DNA from: a virus
Taxonomy: Duplodnaviria; Caudoviricetes
Length of the DNA stretch: 25,291 nt
Strand: one strand, 5' to 3'
IMG/VR virus record: IMGVR_UViG_3300012878_000029
Span: 1-25,291 of that record
The first letter of the stretch is position 1. Each line of letters starts with the position of its first letter. A program made the position numbers and the translations under genes. Under the pieces are notes generated by a model. That model worked only from the letters and a program-made list of their open reading frames with translations. It was not told the DNA's origin and made no database searches. This document shows, piece by piece, positions 17,527 through 25,291 of the stretch.

Positions 17527-17747
17527 CACATTTATGTGAGCTGGTGACACATTTTGGTGACATTTCTGGTGACATTCTCACATTTACACACTGGTGAAGC
17601 GCTAACACATTTGTCACCACTTTACACGAACCATATCTATAGGAGTGGTGACAACCCAAAGTGGTGACAAACAGAACATCCAACCTGTGACATACTGTCA
17701 CCAAGAAAAAACGAACCATATATAGAAGGTGGTGACAACTGGTGACA
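17512..17747. repeat. TGGTGACA iteron array, candidate replication origin
   Basis: Ten perfect copies in both orientations, starting at 17512, 17542, 17555, 17567, 17612, 17646, 17662, 17696, 17730 and 17740. Confidence 0.85.
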
Positions 17748-17781
17748 AGCACCAATACATACAACCAACACAAGTACAATC

Positions 17782-18195
17782 AAGGCTAACGCCTTCAAGA
17801 GAATCCTATGTCGTACCGACAAGGGACAGTGTCCTTTGACCTACGGGATTCACTCCGTTCACCTACGGTCAGTGTCTGCACGGATACTATGAGTTTTGTT
17901 ATTGTTGGTTTTTGTTATCTGTAAACTTTCAATGAAATCTCCTCGCACCTTATCCGGTGCATAGAAGCTGTAAGCTTTAGACCTACGGTCTGTGCGCACT
18001 AGCTAGGTATTCCATACCTAAAAACACAACATATAACATCAACCTAAGAGCTAACGCTCTTGTCTTGGATCGTGCATAGAAACAGCAGGATGCTGTGTGT
18101 TGTTATCTTTGTTGTTTTTATTGATGAAACATCATCAGTGCAAGAAGACTCAGTGCTATGCACTGGAAGTGTGTAAGCCTTATAGCTAACGCTAT
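17782..18195. repeat. Mini-hairpin cluster 2
   Basis: Perfect short inverted repeats at 17782-17795, 17809-17821, 17965-17977, 17979-17991, 18004-18020, 18046-18061, 18082-18096, 18122-18134, 18151-18165 and 18182-18195. Confidence 0.85.
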
Positions 18196-18214
18196 GGACT
18201 TCCTACAGGTGCAG

Positions 18215-18239
18215 AAAAGCCCAGCTTGTCAGGCTGGGC
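18215..18239 (-). terminator. Intrinsic terminator
   Basis: GCCCAGC/GCTGGGC stem plus TTTT, immediately after 18246..18995. Confidence 0.75.
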
Positions 18240-18245
18240 ATTCAG

Positions 18246-18995
18246 TTAGGTACTGGTGTTGCTTCCATTAGCACGGTAGTCAGTAGCACTTTCCTTGCTG
18301 TAATTGGAAGGTGCCTTAGATGGGTCCGGCTGTTCCTTGACTGTAGTAGTCTTGCCAACCTGTCTGCCCTTACTCTTGATTGTCACCTGAACATTCTGCA
18401 CTACAGCAAAGCTCACCTGTTCAAATTCCAGCTCAGGGAATACGCCCTCACCTGTTCTCTCATCCTCTTTGAAATCTGCGCGTGTGAGCACACAGTTGGA
18501 GTACGTCTTGGGAATGACTCCATCACGATATTCAAAGAACGTGAACACCTCACGATTGGTAATCATATCAATCATGTTGTCTTTCACCGCCAGTGCAGTC
18601 TTGGCCTTATCCTGTGGCGTGACATACACCTCTGGGATAGTGTCCTTGGTGAACTGTGCTACTACCTCTGGCATGAATTTGTTAATGCTGCTCGTCTCAG
18701 AGATTTGGACAGGGAAAACTGTCTGAGTGTTGTTGAGGTACTGCTTGTTACCGTTAATGTCGCCAACACTGATAGTCGGACGGTTAGAGTTGAAGTCAGC
18801 ATCAGACAAGATGCCAGAGATAGAGAATCTTGGATTTTCAAATGTCGTGTGATCGCTGATCTTTGCACCGTTAGCAAGTGGGTGCTTTGTTACAGCAGCC
18901 GAATATTGCTCAGCTAGTGCTGTGATTGCGTCGAAGTAGAGAACATCGCCATTTGCTCTTAGCAGGGCAAAGCCGCTAGATGTAGTTGTTGCCAT
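18246..18995 (-). CDS. Dit-like phage baseplate / tail-tube-initiator protein
   Basis: FDA...E...VTKHPLANGAKISDH....P..SISGILSD and YSNCVLT...ELEFEQV match Dit-like proteins of myoviruses. Confidence 0.8.
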   Translation of the reverse strand: MATTTSSGFALLRANGDVLYFDAITALAEQYSAAVTKHPLANGAKISDHTTFENPRFSISGILSDADFNSNRPTISVGDINGNKQYLNNTQTVFPVQISETSSINKFMPEVVAQFTKDTIPEVYVTPQDKAKTALAVKDNMIDMITNREVFTFFEYRDGVIPKTYSNCVLTRADFKEDERTGEGVFPELEFEQVSFAVVQNVQVTIKSKGRQVGKTTTVKEQPDPSKAPSNYSKESATDYRANGSNTST

Positions 18996-19312
18996 TGTAA
19001 TTGTTTCCTTATGTTTGTGTATGGGCGTAGCACCTCCTATAACGCTGTTAAAGGCGTTTTGAGTGCTTGGCTATATATTGGGATTGGGATTGCCTGCAAA
19101 CGTCCTCTCAGGAGCTTGCAGGGCTTTCTTGCTTAATTGTGTCGGCCTTGTGGACGTTGACTATCCTACGTTCTATAGTCAGCAATCAGCTGATTGGTGC
19201 ATCGTGACTGTGAAGCGCACATTCAATGGAATGATTGAGGATGCGGGCCACTGATGCGGCAAGTGCTTGATTTCACTCGGCAGACTCTTGATGACAAGGC
19301 CATGGAGCTACC

Positions 19313-19888
19313 ATGAAAATTTTAACTTCCTTCGCTGTTTTCGCTGTGCTCTTGTCCATTAGCGGTTGCGACGTATCACCCAAGGAAGCCAAAAAGAAGT
19401 TGGTAGATTCTGTTTATGAGTTCCTAAATATCAAGCGGCCCGAGAAGCTAGATAACTGGATTTATTTCAGCATGAAAGAAGACGTCAACATGGTAGTAGT
19501 CATGAACGCTAAGCCAATTCCGGGCGTCAAAGGGGCAGAGTTGTCAAACCCGGAAAATTTAGAATTTGCTTTGATTTTAATGGGTGATCATAAGCAAACA
19601 TTCATCTCCATAGCTCTTGGCGACAAGGCTAGTTGCGGGAGGGGCAATACCGCGTTCGTGACACTCTCCGGTATTCGCACGATGGACATAAAAGCCATTA
19701 ACACGGACGGTAGTTGCACGATGGCGCTAGAACCATTAAACGACGTCATAAAGCTAATGACTGATTCTAGTTTCGTCCGACTAAAAACCAAGGTAGGTCC
19801 ATACGAATTCGATTATCTTCTCAGTAACACAAGCACAGCCATAAGCCGTTTCAGGAAGATGGTGGATGAGTTACCTAAGCCGAAGTAA
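19313..19888 (+). CDS. Lipoprotein (moron-like, antisense to the tail operon)
   Basis: Signal peptide with lipobox-like ISGC; GGAG RBS; 191 aa. Confidence 0.75.
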   Translation: MKILTSFAVFAVLLSISGCDVSPKEAKKKLVDSVYEFLNIKRPEKLDNWIYFSMKEDVNMVVVMNAKPIPGVKGAELSNPENLEFALILMGDHKQTFISIALGDKASCGRGNTAFVTLSGIRTMDIKAINTDGSCTMALEPLNDVIKLMTDSSFVRLKTKVGPYEFDYLLSNTSTAISRFRKMVDELPKPK

Positions 19889-19898
19889 GCCAAAGCTG

Positions 19899-20369
19899 TC
19901 ATACAGCAGCCACCGGAATTCTGAACCTAACGCTTTCAAGCATCTTGCCTGTATCGAACAGCGGACGGTCAAAGCCTTTGGTTGCTACAGTACGCGGGCT
20001 GTTATGGCCCGGATAGTTTGCAATCGTGACTTTGATTTCATCAGCCACAATCTTTCCAAGTAGCTGCATGATGATACGTGGATTGCCTGTATTCAGGATG
20101 GAAGCCCTTGCAGCCTGTTTCAACACTTTGATGATGGCTTGCAGGTTGGTTTTGTTTTCCAACGTCTCTTGCATGAATGGGCGTTGAGGGTGAAAGCGTG
20201 TTCCATATTCGTTATACGCTGCCACTTGAGCCACTGGTGTTCCATCGTCGTAGGCGTCTCCCTGAAAGAAGCCCACTTCTGTCTTTGTTCTGGCTAGTGT
20301 CTTGAGGCGCTTGGCGAGATTATCAAGCCCTCTTAGGTCTAGCTTTGTATATACTTTTGTAGAAATCAT
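19899..20369 (-). CDS. HK97 gp10-like neck/tail completion protein
   Basis: Start at MISTKVY (ATG at 20369). Motifs VGFF...Y.DGTPVAQVAAYNEYGT..HPQRPFM and KGFDRPLFDTGKMLESV. Confidence 0.8.
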   Translation of the reverse strand: MISTKVYTKLDLRGLDNLAKRLKTLARTKTEVGFFQGDAYDDGTPVAQVAAYNEYGTRFHPQRPFMQETLENKTNLQAIIKVLKQAARASILNTGNPRIIMQLLGKIVADEIKVTIANYPGHNSPRTVATKGFDRPLFDTGKMLESVRFRIPVAAV

Positions 20370-20388
20370 AAAATTTTTCCTTATGCAT

Positions 20389-20811
20389 CTATCTCCCGTT
20401 TGTGTGGATTGTTGGTGACACGTTGATAACAGGGTTAGCATTCTGTTGAATGAAGCCCTGCCTTTCTCGGAACTCTTGTTGAATCACTTTGAACACCTGC
20501 TCAGGGGCTGCTCTGTAAGAAACATCCTCAAGGCGTCTAGTGGCATGATCCAACATTTGTAGTTGAGTATTGATCTTGGTTTCAGATTCACCAACTCTGG
20601 CTCCAAGCTCTTGCACTCTTTCTTCTACAGAGTCAACACGCTTGTCTACAATCTCTTTCTGGGTCTGGATATTGTTATATTCATACTCATCAACTCTATG
20701 GCCGATGGTGATGGGTGTTGCGATGATTGCTAGGATTAGGAGTACAGCCAAGATTATTAGTTGTAGTCTGGTAACTGGCCTCCTGTACCACTTCTGAGGA
20801 CTCTCAGACAT
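20389..20811 (-). CDS. N-terminal TM plus coiled-coil protein (paralog of 8947..9303)
   Basis: TM segment LIILAVLLILAIIA; C-terminal IQQNANPVINVSPTIHT. Confidence 0.75.
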   Translation of the reverse strand: MSESPQKWYRRPVTRLQLIILAVLLILAIIATPITIGHRVDEYEYNNIQTQKEIVDKRVDSVEERVQELGARVGESETKINTQLQMLDHATRRLEDVSYRAAPEQVFKVIQQEFRERQGFIQQNANPVINVSPTIHTNGR

Positions 20812-20829
20812 ATTGTAATTCCTTTTACA

Positions 20830-21237
20830 TTAGCCCAACTGGGCACCTCCGAAGGAACGTTGTAGAGGTTTTGGGCTGAACAGTTGAAGACGTCTTGTTA
20901 GAACGTCATTAAAGATTTCCCTGTTTCGGCCTGAGCAGATTTCATCAGCAGCACCAGCAATGCGGATTTGAACAGCTTTGTTCATGAAATCTTCTACAGC
21001 ATCGAGCAGGAACATAGACCCGGAATAACATACAGTCACTGTGTCACCAGTACGGAACCAGAAGAAGTGATAGTCTGTAACATCAGGGTGTCTACGTTTG
21101 AGCATCATATTGAAATGACGCCCAAGGCGCTTTAGGTCAATACGGTCATACTTACCATATCCCTTTAGCACGTAGATTGCGGAATGAAGCCCTTTCGATT
21201 GTAGGGCTTCAATGTGTCTTTCAAAATTGGCTCTCAT
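20830..21237 (-). CDS. Hypothetical protein (135 aa)
   Basis: Abuts the upstream stop; GGAGG RBS. Confidence 0.7.
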   Translation of the reverse strand: MRANFERHIEALQSKGLHSAIYVLKGYGKYDRIDLKRLGRHFNMMLKRRHPDVTDYHFFWFRTGDTVTVCYSGSMFLLDAVEDFMNKAVQIRIAGAADEICSGRNREIFNDVLTRRLQLFSPKPLQRSFGGAQLG

Positions 21238-22062
21238 TTAGCCTCCATTTGTCTTAGCTTGTCTTTGAGCTTCCTTGTTCATTTCAACTTCTTCAAAGTA
21301 GATGCGTAGAGCAGTTTCGTTTGCATCATAGGCATCTTCCACACTCAGGCTTAGCGATAGGTCTGCCATTGTTGCCAGAGGTTGAGAGCATTTGAGAATG
21401 TTGTAAATGACGTTGGATTGGCTGTAAGACTTTCCGATTGTTTCCAAAGATCGCGGAATGCTTGCACCACTGCTGTAGTTTTGTGGTAGCTGCCAACGGT
21501 CTTTAGTCCATAGGTGTAGGAAGTTGTATTCAATCACTTGTCCCAACAGCAGGGCCATTTCAGCGAATGTCAGAGAGTCATAATCAAGCGGCTCGCCATC
21601 AAGAGTGACGTAGCGTAGAAACTCATCAAACACACTCTCATAATCAAGCTCAGCGTCTTGCTTGCTGCTGGCTGTGAATGTGATTGGATAAGATAGAGGC
21701 GTTGGCACGCGCTGTTGTACGCTCTCTTCTCTGTCAGCAAGGGTTTTGCCTGCCAACACTTCCTTAACAGTTAGCTTGCCTGCTGGCCCGCTATCAAGCT
21801 GTTTGAAAGTGACGTAAGTAGCATCAGGATTTGCCACCTTATCAAAGAACTGATTGAGTGCGAGCCACTTACCATCAATCACAAATGGCTTGATGATTGG
21901 GTAGAAGGCTTTGCTGTCTACAGTGATTGTTTCCTGAGCAGCACCAAAAGCATAGATTGCATTCCAATAGTTTTCTAGGAGTGCACAACCTTCTGTTGCT
22001 GGATGTTGTGTGATTTTGTACGTCTTACCCTCAACGGTAATCTTCTTGGTTAGTCTTGCCAT
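21238..22062 (-). CDS. Probable tail assembly chaperone (G/GT-like, single ORF)
   Basis: N-terminus KITVEGKTYKITQHPATEG, internal GQVIEYNF and C-terminal LATMADLSLSLSVEDAYDANE resemble the two consecutive chaperone ORFs of myoviruses. Confidence 0.6.
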   Translation of the reverse strand: MARLTKKITVEGKTYKITQHPATEGCALLENYWNAIYAFGAAQETITVDSKAFYPIIKPFVIDGKWLALNQFFDKVANPDATYVTFKQLDSGPAGKLTVKEVLAGKTLADREESVQQRVPTPLSYPITFTASSKQDAELDYESVFDEFLRYVTLDGEPLDYDSLTFAEMALLLGQVIEYNFLHLWTKDRWQLPQNYSSGASIPRSLETIGKSYSQSNVIYNILKCSQPLATMADLSLSLSVEDAYDANETALRIYFEEVEMNKEAQRQAKTNGG

Positions 22063-22109
22063 GTATATTGTTCCTTGTGTGTGCTAGGGCTAATAGCGTT
22101 AATTGGGAG

Positions 22110-23090
22110 TCAGACAACTACAATGTCTGCATCTTGCATTTCATTACATTGCAACTCCGCATACCATTCATTGCCTCTGAAATCGCCAGTGAAACGAATA
22201 GAACTGATGCGGTAAAATCCTTGGTAGTCTCTGTAATCAATCTTAACCACTCGACTAGGCACCAAGGCTGCATCCAACAGCAGTTTAACTTGCACACCGG
22301 GGCGTGCTCTCTTGTCCTTACTGGAAACTCTAGACTTTTCAGAAATGCGGAAAGGCTGATCAATCATGCCTGTCTCTTCACTGATAACAGGAACATCTAC
22401 AGTGGTCTTAGAGGAAGGGCCATTGAAGTCGGTTACAGTAAGAACATCGTTAGTGATGTTGTATTCAAGATTGTAAGCACGGGTGAGCTTATCCAATTCT
22501 TCTTTAGGAGTTCCAGACAAACGCCATCCATGAACAATTGGGCTGTTGAGATTGGTTCCAACGATAGGACCACGACTAATACCCGGCATGTTATTAACGA
22601 TAGCATCAACAACGTCTTTCACAGTTTGGCCGGGGGAAAGATTCTGACTCAATCGGGCTTGGGTTAGGTTTACATACCCTTCACCAATCACCATCTGTGT
22701 AATGGTGTCAGTGCCACTTTTGATTGTGGAACACTCTGTTAGATTTCCTTTGGCTAGTAGCTTCAAGCCTTCACCGTTGGTGTATCCAACATGCAACTCA
22801 GCCTCAAGGAAACGGCTTTCAAGCAATTGCTCTTGACCTGGGCTGAGGTTATAAATTTCGATAGAAGCAGAGTTGCCTCTGTTGTGTTTGTTGTCGCTAC
22901 TCTTGTCTACGTTGAACGTAAGCTGTAATGGTCGCTGATAGTCGCGGCTATCAATCTTGATTCCCTTTCCGTTGTCGTAGTCACCAACAGTTAGAATGTA
23001 GCAGCGTTCACGCTTTAGGTTAGTTTCGTCAGTTGTTGCTACTGCACTGCTGGTGTAGTTAGAGCTTTGTCTGATTGGCAAAAGGGCCAT
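22110..23090 (-). CDS. Baseplate hub protein
   Basis: LTFNVDKS...ASIEIYNLS...LHVGY, ISEETGMIDQP, VKLLLDAALVP and GFYRISSIRFTGDFRGNEWYAELQC match myovirus hub proteins. Confidence 0.85.
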   Translation of the reverse strand: MALLPIRQSSNYTSSAVATTDETNLKRERCYILTVGDYDNGKGIKIDSRDYQRPLQLTFNVDKSSDNKHNRGNSASIEIYNLSPGQEQLLESRFLEAELHVGYTNGEGLKLLAKGNLTECSTIKSGTDTITQMVIGEGYVNLTQARLSQNLSPGQTVKDVVDAIVNNMPGISRGPIVGTNLNSPIVHGWRLSGTPKEELDKLTRAYNLEYNITNDVLTVTDFNGPSSKTTVDVPVISEETGMIDQPFRISEKSRVSSKDKRARPGVQVKLLLDAALVPSRVVKIDYRDYQGFYRISSIRFTGDFRGNEWYAELQCNEMQDADIVVV

Positions 23091-23289
23091 AATGAATTGT
23101 TCCTTGTAGGTGTGGGGCTTTAATTACTCCCCTGTCTAGAATCATTTGCACGATGTTGGACAGAGAGCGGTTGTTGTGATGGTTAACCCGGCAATTGGAA
23201 TTGCAGAACGCCTTACGTGCTGTCTTGCACGACATAGAGCACCCGCAATGTTTGCAAGGGCGTACAGTGATGTTTGGAATAGCAGGCAT
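23059..23289 (-). CDS. C4 zinc-finger protein (76 aa)
   Basis: AGGAG RBS; CKHC...FCNSNCRVNHH. Confidence 0.7.
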   Translation of the reverse strand: MPAIPNITVRPCKHCGCSMSCKTARKAFCNSNCRVNHHNNRSLSNIVQMILDRGVIKAPHLQGTIHYGPFANQTKL

Positions 23290-23360
23290 AGGGTTATCTC
23301 CTGATTAGGATTCACAGAGTGTGTGACAGTTGATTAAACGGAATTGAATGCAGGGCATAG

Positions 23361-23385
23361 AAAAGGCCGCATCCTTGGCAGCCTT
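23361..23385 (-). terminator. Intrinsic terminator or attenuator upstream of the tail operon
   Basis: Minus strand AAGGCTGC-CAAGGAT-GCGGCCTT-TTCTAT. Confidence 0.65.
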
Positions 23386-23466
23386 GTCTAATGGCTCATT
23401 GCGAGCCGTGTAAGCCCTTACACACCGAAAGGAAGAGTGACAATGCATCACCTATATCGGTATGGA

Positions 23467-23495
23467 ATTATAACACGGAATGTGAGATTTTGGAA
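23467..23495 (-). promoter_or_regulatory. Sigma70-like promoter TTCCAA-17-TATAAT with extended -10
   Basis: Minus strand reads TTCCAAAATCTCACATTCCGTGTTATAAT. Confidence 0.6.
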
Positions 23496-23550
23496 GTGTT
23501 ATATGTAATTCAACACACATCCTTACAGACGATAGGCGAAAAGATGGCCC

Positions 23551-25110
23551 TCACTGCCCTTCCAAAATCTCTAGGAACGGGTCATCAGACAGCCGCTCGA
23601 CCCCAGTGTCGCAGTAATCGTCTCGGGCGATCATGTAGAGCCTGTGCCCGTTATCCAGTACGAAGCGGTTAGACGACTTGTCCTTGCCCTTGTACTTCCA
23701 CACCGCTTCACCACCGGCAATGGCCATGGTCTTGTCAGGATAAATGGTGATGGAGAATCCAACCTGTGCAAGCAAGCTTGAGAGCTTCTGCGGGTCGTCA
23801 CGCTCAATCCGCCAAACATCTGTGGTGGTCGCCCAACTGGCAAATGGTGTCACTGTCCGCTCTAGGAGCGCTATAGCGGCGTTAGCCTTATCTCTGGCCT
23901 CGCTGTTCTCTTTCATCGCTGCCACAAGCTCAGGGACCGCCCCAAGGGCCATCACAGATTCTGTTAGTCCTTTGAGCTTCGCTGTGTACGCTTCCGCCTC
24001 AGAACGGAGATGGGCAATCTCTGTTTCATTAATCCCAGTGTTTAGGATTGATACAGCCTTACGTTTCCATTCATCTGCACAGAAAGCCATCAGGGCTTGC
24101 ATGATCGCTAAGGGCAACTGTGCGTTGTTGGTGCAATCCCCTACCATCTGATTTGTGCGGCAACGAACAGAGGACGTTTTGCCAGCGCGATGCTGAACGA
24201 TGTAGTTCTTACCGCATACGCCACATTTCATCAGACCGACTAGGAAGTGTTTAGCGGTCTTCTTCACTGGCTTGGTGGCCACACGTTCCTTATGCATCTG
24301 AGCTTTCTGAAAGGTGCTCAGGCTTACAACTGGCGGGTAGGCGTTCTGGATAATTTCGGTTGGCCTATTGTCATCGAGCTTGTACACCTCCCATTCACCA
24401 ATGGCAGTGCGGTTTGTAATCCAACGACGAACAGACGCACCAGCCACCCTAGCCAATTCGGGTACGCCAGATTCACGCATACGCTTGGCAATGGTGCTTG
24501 TACCTACACCCGATATGTACAGGTCAAAAGCAATCCTCACTTGCTGTGCAACAGGTTCGATCAACACACCCTCAGAGGTGAGCCATACAGGGGTTGAACG
24601 CTTAGGCGTTTGACCCTTTTCCTTCGCTGCCTTCTTACGAGTCTCATACGATGCCTTGATACGTCGAGACAAGGCAGCCGAGTATTGGTGTGCAGACTGT
24701 ATCTTTGCAGCCAGCAAGAAAATGGCTGATCCGTTGAGGCTTTCTCGGTTGTACGTCTGGTTGTCATCAAGGGTGATGATCGAAACGCCTGCACTGAGAA
24801 TCGGGTGAATGATCCCAAGCATGTCAACAGCGTCAAGACGCCCTGTACGGTCGATAGCCTCAACCAACACAACATCACCAGTCTTGATTGCACCTTGCTG
24901 GATAGCGTCTAGGAGCTTCCCAAAGCCACCACCTTTTACGTGCTCGCCCTTGTAGCCAGATTTTCCAAGGTCTTTGTATTGGAGGTCGGAGAGGGTGTAT
25001 TCGGGATACCTGACCAACCATTCCCCAATCATCTGCTCTTGGCGCTCAACTGAGTTGCCGTGCTTTTGGCGAAGGCTGGAGAATCGAACGTAGCTAATGG
25101 CTTGCGGCAT
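23551..25110 (-). CDS. Large serine recombinase (integrase)
   Basis: 519 aa with catalytic YVRFSS and VEAIDRTGR, a recombinase domain (YPPVVS), a Zn ribbon (LMKCGVCG...C...C) and a coiled coil. Adjacent to the att site. Confidence 0.95.
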   Translation of the reverse strand: MPQAISYVRFSSLRQKHGNSVERQEQMIGEWLVRYPEYTLSDLQYKDLGKSGYKGEHVKGGGFGKLLDAIQQGAIKTGDVVLVEAIDRTGRLDAVDMLGIIHPILSAGVSIITLDDNQTYNRESLNGSAIFLLAAKIQSAHQYSAALSRRIKASYETRKKAAKEKGQTPKRSTPVWLTSEGVLIEPVAQQVRIAFDLYISGVGTSTIAKRMRESGVPELARVAGASVRRWITNRTAIGEWEVYKLDDNRPTEIIQNAYPPVVSLSTFQKAQMHKERVATKPVKKTAKHFLVGLMKCGVCGKNYIVQHRAGKTSSVRCRTNQMVGDCTNNAQLPLAIMQALMAFCADEWKRKAVSILNTGINETEIAHLRSEAEAYTAKLKGLTESVMALGAVPELVAAMKENSEARDKANAAIALLERTVTPFASWATTTDVWRIERDDPQKLSSLLAQVGFSITIYPDKTMAIAGGEAVWKYKGKDKSSNRFVLDNGHRLYMIARDDYCDTGVERLSDDPFLEILEGQ

Positions 25111-25168
25111 TGGAATTCCTCGGTTTGAGCGATTTTAGCATGGGCAGCCATAGGGAGTAGCATACGAC

Positions 25169-25192
25169 CCACCTGCCTGCTGTTCGTCACCA
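25169..25192 (+). repeat. Right attachment-site core CCACCTGCCTGCTGTTCGTCACCA
   Basis: Identical to 403-426; 58 bp from the integrase start codon. Confidence 0.95.
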
Positions 25193-25291
25193 CACCCACC
25201 GAGTTCTATACCCTGCGCCTGCTGACCGGCGCCGCCGAGGCCGGGTTCTTCCCGGGCGTGGTGCTGTACCTTTCGCGCTGGTTCCCGGCTG
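25171..25291 (+). pseudogene. MFS transporter, 3' continuation after the insertion (runs off the window)
   Basis: Translates [40 protein letters not shown], the in-frame continuation of the 5' fragment, with the conserved G.AEAGFFPG motif. Confidence 0.9.

Larger units (their letters stand above)
403..25192. mobile_element. Integrated phage-satellite-like element (about 24.8 kb) mobilised by a large serine recombinase
   Basis: Flanked by an identical 24-bp repeat, splits a host gene, has the integrase next to the right junction, is lower in GC than the flanks and carries phage tail genes without recognisable head genes. Confidence 0.9.

Noticed and set aside
17512-18195. CRISPR array
   Set aside because: Repeats are only 8 bp or are variable-stem hairpins, in both orientations and irregularly spaced; no cas genes seen.
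7985-23090. Tailocin, T6SS or complete prophage
   Set aside because: No recognisable sheath, tube, wedge, fibre, head or lysis genes. The integrase, att sites and iterons fit a mobile satellite better.

Overview
The window holds one complete integrated element of about 24.8 kb (427-25192). It interrupts a GC-rich, Pseudomonas-like MFS transporter gene. It is bounded by a perfect 24-bp direct repeat (403-426 and 25169-25192) and has a large serine recombinase at its right end. The element is visibly more AT-rich than its flanks and is mostly transcribed on the minus strand. It encodes only part of a contractile-phage tail: tape measure, tail assembly chaperone, Dit-like protein, baseplate hub, Gp138-like spike and a gp10-like completion protein. 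I could not recognise any capsid, portal, terminase, sheath, tube, fibre or endolysin gene, so it reads as a PLE-like phage satellite that supplies its own tail-initiation parts. Its non-coding parts are the most unusual. (i) A roughly 600-nt ORF-poor interval (about 15326-15922, minus strand) lies between a near-consensus promoter and a UUCG terminator and is packed with stem-loops and potential pseudoknots, making it a candidate large structured ncRNA. (ii) Two related non-coding regions combine TGGTGACA iterons with clusters of GNA/GNNA mini-hairpins. (iii) Two operons share a promoter, structured leader, terminator, C4 zinc-finger gene layout. Accessory cargo includes two Rap1a-like immunity genes, an FRG-domain gene, a resolvase and a lipoprotein. 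All family calls come from reading motifs by eye; no searches were run.
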